Of a stretch of 64,000 bases of DNA, positions 52,159 through 64,000 are shown one piece after another. The notes under the pieces are model-generated. The model was given only the letters and a program-made list of their open reading frames with translations, did no database searches and was not told the origin of the DNA. The position numbers and the translations under genes were made by a program. The first letter of the stretch is position 1; each line of letters begins with the position of its first letter. Where the stretch lies: positions 49,290,001 to 49,354,000 of the forward strand of contig NC_043005.1 of the NCBI RefSeq assembly GCF_006345805.1. The letters are read 5' to 3'. The stretch is from Octopus sinensis. Lineage: Eukaryota.

Positions 52159-53590
52159 ATCTATAAACTGCCAGCATTTCTAATCAGTCAATCTCCAATC
52201 CATTTGTGTACTCATGATAAAACTGCATTTGTTAGCAGATCTGCATCAAGTGATATACTGGTTCGAGCTGTTAAGAACTTTAAGACATCTCATTGACATT
52301 CATCTCTCTCTCTCCCTCCCCCTCTCCCCTCCTCTCTTTCTCTCTTATACATGTACAACAATCATTCATAAGAGGTCAAAATTTAGCACAAATAGAAGGC
52401 TTTAAAAACTAAATCCAAATCTCACTATGAAAAAGCTCCATTTATTATACAATATATAAAGGCGGCGAGCTGGCAGAATTGATAGCACAGCGGGAAAAAT
52501 GCTTAGCGGCATCTATTTCGGCTTTGCGATCTAAGTTCAAATACCATCGAGGTCGACTTTACCTTTCATCCTTCGGGATCGATAAAATAAATACCAGTTA
52601 TGCAGTGAGGTCGATGTATACAACTAGCCCCATCCCACAAAATTTCAGGCCTTGTTCTTATAGTGAAAAGAATTATACAATACAGATTTCTTTTGACTTA
52701 ACACAAAACTCCTGATTTAGCATATTGCACTCACGACCGTGATATCGTGGTTTCAATTCCTGGACCGGGTGGTGCGTTGTGATCTTGAGCAAAACACTTC
52801 ATCCCACGCTGCTCTGCGATCACTCCGATACCTGACGCGTGGTACACAATGCACTTGTTCAGGCAACGTCGATTTGAAAGAGAAAGCGAGCTAATGTACA
52901 GCATATACCGTTGGTCATTATAAACAAATCATTTGTGAAGGTTGTTCGGCAAGAAATTACAGAACCGTCTTTCTCGGATTACGTGAGATTACCATCCACA
53001 TTCTTCCTCTACCACTGTTGTTTATCATTTTTGAAATATGAATAAATTCTGCCTCTTTATAGGTATATGACGATAGAGTGCCAAGCAGATAAAAAAAAAC
53101 AAAAAAAAAAAACGGACAAACTTCTCTGATATACCGACACACGTCAACAAAGACATCTTTATCCATACATTTTCAACTGTTCAGACCAATTTGAAACTGT
53201 TCAATAAAAGTTTCATACTTCCTACTTGAGAAAGATTCAAGTGTTATATATTTCATAATTTGATTAACCTTGATATTGGTACTTATTGGTACTTATTCGA
53301 TCAGTTCCAGACAGGAAAGTGGACAAAGTAACGGGACAAAATAAACATTTTTTTTTTACTATCTTTTATTTATTTCAGTCGTTGGACTGTGGCCATACTG
53401 GTACACCCTCTTGGAGGGCCTACTCGAACAAATCAACACCAGTACATATTCTTTTAAAGTCTGGCACTTATTCTATTGGTCACTTTTGCCGAACCGCTAC
53501 GTCACGGAGATGTAAACAAACCAACACTGGTTGTCGAGTAGTGGTGGACAAACACAAACGCGTAGATACATTTACCTACAAGTATACATA

Positions 53591-53621
<31 letters not shown>

Positions 53622-54239
53622 CACACCACACACACACACACGCACGTACGCACGCACACACACACACATGCGCGCTCGTATGCAACGGACTTCCACAGAT
53701 TCCTTCTACCAGGTTCACTTATAAGACATCGATGCTATAGAAGACACTTGCCCAAGATTCCATGCAGTGCGATTGAACTCGTAATCACACAAACTGCTTT
53801 CAGCTTTCGCATTTCGAAAAGATCATGAAGAAAAAGTTTATAGTTCTCTGATAAGCTAATGCCTAAAATATGGGCAATGTTGAACTAAGCTAGATTCGAC
53901 TAAAACCGGCAGAAATCTGCTGTGTCCTGCACAATACACACTTGTAACCACCCAGCAAAAAGTCAAAGAAAATATGAGAGAATATAACTATAAGAACAAT
54001 GTTATAATTTCTCAATGAGTACAAAGTCCCCAAAATTTTAAATGAAGACTTTACTGACTTAAATTGACCTCAGACTGGAAAAGGAACTTCATTTATCGGC
54101 CCAAGCGGGATAAAAAAACAAAGACAATCTTCGGTGGAGTTTGAAATAGCAATGTTTAAAAGTGTAAAGCGCTTCACGAATTTACGTATTATATATAAGC
54201 GTAGAGTCACATTAACTTCTATAATGTTTAAATGCGATA

Positions 54240-54760
54240 CAGTACCGGACAAGCTTCCGGGACGCTAGGAACCGGAAGTGTCCCGGATTTCTGAATTTTC
54301 TTGTATTCTGGAGATAGTCTAAATATATATTTAAAATATAAAATAAACTTAAGGTAAGTAAAGAGCTAAACTGTATTTAACAAACTGAAATTAATACACT
54401 TCTAAAACAGGGTCTGCTAGATAGTTATCATTCCACTTAAAATTCTTTAAATATATCACACTGTAGTACCATTTACACAGTATAATGTTTATAGGATGAA
54501 AATTACTCAATGAAAAGCAGAGAACATGGTTTTATTTAACCAGTACAGGCACGAATTAATATAATTTTAAAGAAGAGTATGTTTAATATTTATCAATCTA
54601 CTTAAAAACAAAACTATTTTAACATACCATGTACAAATTAACCAGTTTTAAAAAAGCAAGGTCTGTTTACTCAATACAGTATATTGATCAGTATTGCTCA
54701 GTATTCTCGGATTTCTGGGAATTCTTGATTTCTAGAAACCCGATAAGAAGTCCAGTACTG
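54240..54760. mobile_element. pogo/Tigger-like MITE remnant
   Basis: TA|cagtaccggac ... gtccagtactg short TIRs. Confidence 0.45.
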
Positions 54761-55097
54761 AATAATGTTATCCCGAAACGAATGAGTTATCATAGAGACT
54801 AGCTGACGTACATTTTCAAGAAGCACGGACAAAGAAACGGAAATAAATCGCAAAGGAGCGTCATGTAGTGCTAGTTAAAAACAGATTCACGTCTACGTCA
54901 ATAGATCAAACAAGCTACTTGGTTTTCTCTTTAAATACACTAGTTTATACGTAAACACTTTATGTGTGTTCTGGCGTGAACAATTTTTAAAACACTCACT
55001 TCGAAGTGTCCTGCTTTGTCAAATACATACAATGTATGTTCATAAGATATCTTGTTCTTAGTAGCCTAATTCTAGCAGCATCCACTCTTATCTTTTA

Positions 55098-55518
55098 GGA
55101 TCTTTTCGGTTTGAACGGCAGTTTTTAAAAATAATTTCCACGTAACTAAACACTTTTAAACTTCGTATATTGGTAGAATGTGTTTATAAAACATTTTTTC
55201 TCTTGGCTTTATTGAGAAAATTCTATAGTTTTTTTCTTCAAATTTTCTGCAATTTTAAACCAATAAATGACGTCTATTGAGGTGAAAACATTATGTGCCG
55301 TATGAATATGTCCCTCGTTTAAGAAACAGATTGGGTTTATTTACATTTCTGAAGAAAAAAAGATACCCTTCCCCCCACCCCTAACCCTAACCCTAACCCT
55401 AACTAACCCTAACCTTAAAACAGATTGAAATGCAATAGATCGATACTAGGGTCATAATTATGGGTGATAATTTCATAGGACACCGCTAGAAAAACTGCCG
55501 CTCAAACCGAAAAGATCC
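55098..55518. mobile_element. Second GGATCTTTTC-family MITE, 421 bp, with internal (CCCTAA)n
   Basis: Colinear with 750-1166. Exact 8-bp TSD atctttta at 55090-55097 and 55519-55526. Confidence 0.9.
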
Positions 55519-56767
55519 ATCTTTTATACACGCAACATAGCTGTTAAGGCTCTAGGTAAGTCTTGAATGAGCCAACCAATGATCAAATGTATTACAACTG
55601 TTATAATTACGTCCTGTTTCCTAGTTTCAAAGTGCTACATTATACAAAGTGTCCTTCGTGTTTTTTAAGACAGTAAACTGAAAGGATCAATATTTGGTTG
55701 TTATTTCTAGATCAGTTGCTGATATTCTTACTTAAGCCAAAGTGATACTTGTTTGAGCAGATCCATGACATTCCGGCCATAAGCAACGCATGTTTTTTCT
55801 TCAGACAAAGTGTATCCAGTATTACTTTATTCAAATATATTCTTGGGTTCTTTTTAAAGAAAGTTCGATATGATATGTGGGAAATTTAATTACTACGGTA
55901 GCTCAATTGTTAAAGTATAAAAGTGAAGTATATCACAGGACTATATTTTCTTTTAATTCACTAGCTCATAAACTTGAACTACCAGCGAACTGCATGGCAT
56001 TTTAGAATTAATAACCAAATCTTTCTCAAAATCACACTATTGCCTTGCCTTTCTTTGCCTTGGGTTCTCGACTCCTAATGGAACAGTTCTCGAAGAGAGA
56101 TGGGAGGGAGAGGGGGGAGAGAGAGAGAAGATCGATCTCATGATCGGACTGGACTCGGTATTTGATCGACTCCGAAATGTTGAAAAGTAAAATCGCTTTT
56201 GGAGGTATTTGAACTTAGTGCCAGAACGAATATTGTAATACATTGTGTCCGACGTTTTAACGAACTGGTCAATTCGCAACCTTATACAATTTTAAAAATA
56301 CAAAAGACATATTGTATAAAGCATTCCTAGATAAACGTGTATGGGTTTATATGCCTGCTCAACTAGTGTTAACCTAAATTTAGAAATAAAACAACAATAA
56401 CATAACTTAAACTTTGTAAAATTTAAAAAGAACATTAGTTGATCCATTTTTTACGTGGGTATGTAGTCAGAACAATTGAATAGAAACTTTTTCTTTCGCA
56501 TACAATGCTACGTCAATGCCTCAAAGAAAATGACAATAAGATTTAAAGTAGTGTCTACAGAGAATGACTATCAGGTTTAAACTAGTTTATAGTTATATAA
56601 GTAAAAATACATGAATGGAATATTATTTTAAAAAGTCTGCTGTGTATTTTAGATACGCAGGAAAAGCTAACAATAGTTAATAGCTCAATACCATTTTCAC
56701 CAGCAATTGACAGAAGGCAAGAACAAATGTGTTTTTCTTCGTTGAGGCTTCTAAGCGAAGTGGAGTA

Positions 56768-57648
56768 TTGGGTTGGCAACTAAGTTCCCACCGTTTTCTT
56801 AAATTTTGGAATTTATTGCGTTTTTAAATTTTAGAGTCTATTTTTTTCGAGAATTCAATTTTTGAATCATATTGGAATCTATTTTTTTTTCAAGTTGATT
56901 TTAGTTAATTTTTGTTTTTCAGATCATTAGAATTGAATGCCAAGTTAAGAAAAAATAGCATTTTCGACACCTCCTTCTTTTTGCTATCAATGTTCTAAGG
57001 CCACAAAAGCTGCTCGCGACATTTGTGCTGTGTATGGAGAGGGTGCCATAGTTGAAAGAACCGCTCGTGATTGGTATGCCAAGTTCAAAAATGGAAATTT
57101 TGACCTCAAAGGCGTACCTCGTTCTGGCCGTTCAATTGAGTTCGATGAAGAGCGATTAAACCAACTTTTGCACGAAAATTCTCGTCAAACTACAAGGGAA
57201 CTGGCAGAGAAAATGGAATGCTCCCACAATGCTATAGAGATGGAATGACTCAACACGGCTGTTCAAGAGAAAAGACCTAATCGTCAGTATGGAGTTCTTC
57301 TGCTGCACGACAACGCCCGCCCTCATATCGCCAATATGACCAAGGAAGCCATTCAAACGCATGGCTGGGAAGTGCTGCCACACCCACCGTACTCTCCTGA
57401 TTTGGCACCAACGGATTTCCACCTCTTTCGATCTCTTTCAAATGCTATGCGCGGAGTTTCGTTCAATTCTGATGCAGAATTGAGAGCTTGGTTGGATGAA
57501 TTTTTCGAGTTGAAAATCTTGTTGAACGTTGGGAAGAAGTTGCAAAGAAGGGTGAATACATTACTTATTAATTAGTTGTTATTTTTTATTAAACATTTAA
57601 AAAAATTTTAATTAAAAAAAAACAGCAGGAAGTTACTTGTCATCCTAA
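56768..57648 (+). mobile_element. mariner element, internally deleted
   Basis: Imperfect TIRs ttgggttggcaactaagttccc / ggaagttacttgtcatcctaa. HTH region (RDWYAKFKNGNFDL...PRSGR) and HDNARPH...HPPYSPDLAPTDFHLF. Confidence 0.9.
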
Positions 57649-57663
57649 TCGAAACAGGCAAAA

Positions 57664-57719
<56 letters not shown>

Positions 57720-57965
57720 AAATAGTAAAAAGTGAAAAAACTACAGAAGGCTTGTTTTAAAAGGTTAAAACATATATATTTGAGTCAATATGTCTGAAGA
57801 ATGTTATCAATTTTTTTCTTACATCGTTATGTTTATGTTGAGAAGAGTTATCGTTATATTTATGTTGAGAAGAGTTATCGTTATATTTATGTTGAGAAGA
57901 GTTCCAAATAAGGGGAGGTAATAAGTGATTTCTTCCTGTGTAAGGGAGATAATCGCTTAAAATTC
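57720..57965 (-). mobile_element. Solo PLE terminal repeat lacking the hammerhead segment
   Basis: Reverse-complement match to 60320-60600, with the ~53-bp block between two tttcttaca repeats missing. Confidence 0.75.
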
Positions 57966-58089
57966 CATGATGGAATAAAGGTATGTGCATGTGTGATAAC
58001 TCATTGAACACCTGCCGCAAGATGTGTCCATCGTTGCTTTATGTGTGCGAATGAGTGTAGGTCATATCATTGGTAAGAAATCTCCACAA

Positions 58090-59220
58090 CCCAAGAAAAT
58101 ATTGAATCATTCTTGTTGAAAACCTGGAATGGAAAGAGGAATCTCAACCTCAGTGTATTGTGGCTAAATGTAGTAAAGAGAGAATACTGTACCAACATCA
58201 ACAGTAAAACATATGCAATTGACCCATAGCTGTAGGTAAACTGCATAATGGGAATCCACCCGGAAAGGACCTACTAGTCGGAAACTGATATAAGAGAATG
58301 ACGTTTTACAGTAAACCGCTTATAAGTACTATGGAAGGTCAGATTGACATGCCAAAATTGCTTGCTGTAGCTTGGCCAATCTTGTTGCCTGAAAACTACA
58401 AGCCCATTGTTTGCCTGAACATTATGTACGAACTGTGCACAAGCTGCCTCAACCAATTCCTCCAGGAACATTGTGAGTCCAACAACATAGCAACAGATGA
58501 GCAAACCGGTAGAAAGAAGGGAGTGTGGGGATGTGCCAAACAACATTTGATAAACAAGGCTGTACTGTCTGAAGTAAAAAAAAAATCCGTGGGAGCCTTA
58601 CAACAATATGACTTGATTATTGGAAGGTATTTGACGCTATCCCTAACTCATGGCTACTGAAGTGTTTACATTTGGCAAAAGTGCCCGCTATCTTAATTGC
58701 TGCCATTGAGAGGCTCACAAAAGTCCGAGAAACTATTCTTACACTTAGAACGGAGGATGGAATGATTGTCTCCAAAGCCATAAATTTCTCTCTGCAATTC
58801 TGTTAATTTTAGCATTAAATCCACGATCATTCCTGCTACAAAAATCAAACGGCTACTAGAATATTCCCATTAAGTGTAAGCATAACAGACCGGATTGTTG
58901 TTTGAGACCAACAAGAAAAAGTAAGTACCGTAATAGAGGTCAGCTGTCCTGCTGATGTGAATATATCTTTGAAAATCAAAGAGAAGATAACTATGGGCAA
59001 TTGCTTAAAAATCTACCGCTTCTACATCCGGATTACAAAATTTACATTGATACTAATATCAATAAGAGCACTTAGTTTTGTAAGTAAATGCCTAACTGTC
59101 AGTCTGGATAAGCTTGGCTTTTCAGAAAAAGAAATCGACCAATTGATTCGCACATTACTAATACAATCTGTAAGAAGAACAGTAAAACTATGCAAGACTT
59201 TTCTCAGGTTTAGAATGTGA
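58090..59220 (+). mobile_element. Internally deleted R4/Dong-like LINE (RT N-terminus joined to RLE C-terminus)
   Basis: PENYKPIVCLNIMY...EQTGRKKGVWGCAKQHLINK; NRPD...IEVSCPADVNI...KLCKTFL. Confidence 0.8.
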
Positions 59221-59760
59221 CTTTGTTTTCGTTATCTACATTCCGACAACGGAGCTTTGCATCTTTGTTAGAAACCAGCTCCTTCAGAGGAAGAATGATT
59301 AAAAACAAGAATAGACATAATACATACATACAAACATACATACATACATACATACATACATACATACATACATACAATGCACTCACAGGAAAACGGATTT
59401 CAATTAAACCGGATATAGAATGAACTGAACCTATCAGAGTTAAGAGACTAATTGTCCGTGATATGAATTCATTCACTTCCTTAGTGTATCGAAATTGTAG
59501 GAACGTTTACTCTCATAGTTATGTGTGAGCGCTTGCATTCCTACAAAGTGGAATAGATTCGTCATAAACCTAAAAAATATGATCAGTTTTATAATGCAAA
59601 AAAATTTTTTTGTTTCTACCTCCTCACGCCATATCGAACAGTGGGTGTGTAATAAGAAGTTTACTTCCCAATCGCATGGTTCCGGGTTCAGTGTGTTCTA
59701 CTATAGCCACAGGCCTATTAAAGCCTTGTGAGTGTGTGTGTGTGTGTGTTTGTATGTATG

Positions 59761-59804
<44 letters not shown>

Positions 59805-59829
59805 TGAGAAAGTTGGTTTGTGAAAGCAC

Positions 59830-60768
<939 letters not shown>

Positions 60769-61136
60769 ATATATATACTATATATATATATATATATATA
60801 TATCATCTCCACCCGGCTCTTGTTGAATCTTTTGGCTGCCACGATTGTGACTTCGTGTTTTGTTATACCTTTAATACTTTATTGTTATTCCGTTTTATTG
60901 TTTTTGCACTTGGGACGATTGAATCTCTGTTGATCTGTTAACAGTAATTTTCGCCCTGCGGTGCAGAAAATTCTGATATGTTGTTGGCGAACCGTGAACT
61001 TTGATTTTTACCCTTTGCAGGGTAAAAATTGTTTCGTTAAAATATCATTTTGACAAAAATTATTTTTGCCAAACATTTATGAAAAAATATTTTGAGTCTA
61101 ATTTATTTCTTTTGAAGGAATTTATGTTTATTCATT

Positions 61137-62190
61137 ATGGATTACGATTTGATGTCAAGTGTAGACTTCCCAGAGATGGAAAAAAAGTTAAGTGAAACTG
61201 AAAAAGACAGGGTAAAACAAGTGCAAAAGGAGAGACCAGTGTTTTCGGCTGCCGTCGGCGGCAACATGGGGACATTAGAAGTATCAATGGCTGAGATGTT
61301 TAAATACAGAAATCTGATAAAGAAAACGGGGAACGACACAAAGTTGCTCCCTCCCCAAGACATACTGCAAAATATAGCAGCTAAGACTGTAGTCTAAAAG
61401 ACATACAGTCTTAAAGAAAAAAAGAATCATGTTATGTAAGAACGAAGCAATAGAGAAATGTATGGTACCAATTTGGAACAAAATAAAGTACGTCGGCCGT
61501 GTAAGAAGAAATACCAAAGTAGAGGCGCAATTCGCCGACGAGAACACAGCAAAAGAGCTGTCAACAATGACGTTGAAAAACGACGAGATAATATTCCAAC
61601 CAACTTATTTAGGCAGAACTGCCAAAATTAGAGGAGATTCCGGCGGGTTTGGGTGTGTTATGGATAGCAGCAGCCATTACATGTGATATGAGGAAAGAAT
61701 GACGATATTACAAATGCAAAAAAAAAAAAAAAGGAGGCGGAGAACTGGAAGGGCCAGTCTCTTCAGATTGTGGTCCAAGCAAGCCCCGAAAACCTCGAAG
61801 GACTGCCCGATAGGGTGTTTATAGGGGAGGGGCTGAGTGTAAGAGTTGGCGTTGAGGGGCATAGACCGCACTGCTCTAAGTGCGGCGAAAAAGGTCACGT
61901 CCGCTCAGAATGCAAAGAAAAAAAGAGTGAAGCCCTTTTCCAACAAGAATCCAAGAACGCAGAAGAGAAGGGAAATCAACAGAAAAAAACCTAGCAGAAG
62001 TTTCCGAAGAAATTAAACAAATAAGGCAAAAAACACCACAAACTACAGAAGAAGGAATGGAATTTACAACAGTAAAATCCCAGAAAAGAAAAATGACCGC
62101 AGCCCCAGACTTCCCTCCTCATACACAAGAAAAAAACAAACCCATCAACAGCTACTGTAGACACACAAGAAAAAAACCAATTTCTCAATC
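61137..62190 (+). pseudogene. Tx1/L1-like LINE ORF1, fragmented
   Basis: ORF pieces 61137..61397, 61429..61686 and 61770..61994. CCHC knuckle CSKCGEKGHVRSEC. Lies directly upstream of an APE ORF. Confidence 0.75.
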
Positions 62191-62815
62191 CCACGCGCAT
62201 TTATACACCCTAGCTTAATCTCTATAGAAATTCGCACTTATATTTTAATTTTGGAGTGGGGCTGCAAGAACTCAGCTTCTTCCTCATCCTTTTTTTTCTG
62301 TGGTGTGATCGCTGGACTTACTCCTGCCGGCCACCTCTAGGATAACTTCCCGTATGTCATCTGCGTATCTGGTTTTTAATTAATTAAATAATCCTACCTC
62401 CATCCTGGCTATCCGGATGTGACGTGGCATGTCTTTACTTGTTTTGCAAACTTATGCTTTATGATGTGCACGAATGACACAGAACAAAATAGTGTCATTC
62501 AATGACAGCAATGCTGTTTTATCCAGAGTCATTCGTGTACATCATAAAGCATAAGTTTACAAAACAAGTAAAGACATGCCACGTCACATCCGGATAGCCA
62601 GGATGGAGGTAGGATTATTTAATGAATTAAAAACCAGATACGCAGATGACATACGGGAAGTTATCCTAGAGGTGGCCGGCAGGAGTAAGTCCAGCGATCA
62701 CACCACAGAAAAAAAAGGATGAGGAAGAAGCTGAGTTCTTGCAGCCCCACTCCAAAATTAAAATATAAGTGCGAATTTCTATAGAGATTAAGCTAGGGTG
62801 TATAAATGCGCGTGG
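62191..62815. repeat. 625-bp foldback: 288-bp arms, 3 mismatches, 49-bp spacer
   Basis: 62191-62478 is the reverse complement of 62528-62815. Confidence 0.96.
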
Positions 62816-64000
62816 CCTACAGTCGAAATGGAAACAAACTTGTCTCCTGGATGACCTTGGGTCACTAGAAATTGATATATGTCTTGTAACTGAGTCCAAG
62901 CTGAGTAGGCCACAAGCGTTCTCGCCCCTTCTAAATGGCTACGAGAAGTTTATTTCTTCTAGTCAGCGGGGATGGAGGCGTGGTGGTCTTATTCAGGAAA
63001 AGCTTGGACGTGCAAGTAAGTACAGTCTTTCTGGACCTAGAAGGTAGGCTGGTCGTTTTAGATGTAACACACGTAAGTAAACAGTCCTTCAGGTTGGTAG
63101 CTGTCTATGCACCAAATAAGTGTTGACAGGCTGGTTTTTACCGGGACCTGGAGAGTTTCTTAGTGACGTCAAAAATTCTAGTTATACTAGGAGACTTTAA
63201 CACTATTCTCGACGCACGGGTGGATAGTGTTGGCTCGACCGATGGAAGCGGAAGTCCTGGCTTCAAAAGGCTACTAGAGAGCTATAATATAGAAGATTGG
63301 TATAGACTGGATGCACCGCTCGTTCCACAGTGGACGTGGTATAATAACAACAGTCATTCAGATCTTATATAGATAGGATATTCGTTAGAGATAGAGATAG
63401 GGATACGTTTAATTGTCCACGCTTTTGTTGTGTCCTCTACACGGACCACAAGTTTGTGACGTGTATGGTGTACCTGGTTAAGTGTCATAGACAGGTACCT
63501 GAGTACTGGAAAATGAACAAGTCTATTTTGACTTGTAAACCTTCCGTGATCGTGTTAAAGAGTTAGTGCAGAGGGCATTAACCGGTGCCATTATTAATAA
63601 TAGGTGGTGGTGTGCCCTCAAACGAGCCTTCGTTCTGAGTCTATTAGATTTAGCAAGCAGTTAAGTCTAGATAAGACTAGAATTGAAGGGACGTTAACTA
63701 AGGAATTAGATGAAGCCATGGAGTCTGACTCTGCATCCAGAGTGATGGCGGCAAGAGCGGTTTTGTACCGCCATCTCAAAGCCAAACACGAAGGATGTAG
63801 AGTCAGAGCTGGACGGAAGGTCCTGTTAAGTTGCTTGGAGTCTGGTTTGAACCGGTTTCCCAGACGGAGAAGAATTGGAGAGGGTGGCAGCCCTAATCCG
63901 GACCTGGTCTGGAAGGGCGGAGGTGGTGCAGGTGTATATTGCATCTGTTATCACCTACCGTCTGAACGTTGTCCCTTGCGCTGATTCATGGCTAAACAAG
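62769..64000 (+). pseudogene. Tx1/L1-like LINE ORF2 N-terminus (APE endonuclease), frameshifted, running off the window
   Basis: GCINARGL, DICLVTESKL, GGVVVLFRKS, GRLVVLDV, RLVAVYAPN, ILGDFNTILD, WTW, IDRIF, TDHK. Confidence 0.9.

Noticed and set aside
55379-55416. Chromosome end or telomere fusion site
   Set aside because: The tract is under 40 bp and lies inside a MITE with intact TIRs and TSD.
57830-57900. Three ~30-bp tandem repeats as an independent array
   Set aside because: They are part of the PLE terminal repeat, also seen at 60380-60440.

Overview
Eukaryotic, AT-rich, microsatellite-dense DNA with no recognisable host-gene exon chain. The interspersed repeats resemble octopus/coleoid cephalopod tRNA-derived SINEs (inference from recalled repeat sequences, not from a search). 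The window is almost entirely decayed mobile DNA: two Ty3/Gypsy pol remnants; four R4/Dong-like RLE LINE pieces (one near full length, 37.3-40.8 kb); an RTE 3' fragment; a Tx1/L1-like LINE running off the right edge; several Penelope-like (PLE) pieces; Tc1, mariner, maT, pogo and hAT remnants; Helitron-like elements; and a GGATCTTTTC-TIR family with 8-bp TSDs (three copies). No intact transposase or RT ORF is present. The most notable structures are: (i) minimal hammerhead-ribozyme motifs in four PLE terminal-repeat families, one with a compensatory U3-A8 core; (ii) three near-perfect inverted duplications at retroelement junctions (238-bp, ~84-bp and 288-bp arms); (iii) a 2-kb long-TIR element with an exact TSD that seems to carry captured old genomic DNA. 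A possible 5' exon lies at 44.3-45.2 kb on the minus strand. Coordinates were counted by hand; TSD and hairpin ends should be exact to within a few bp, other element boundaries are approximate.
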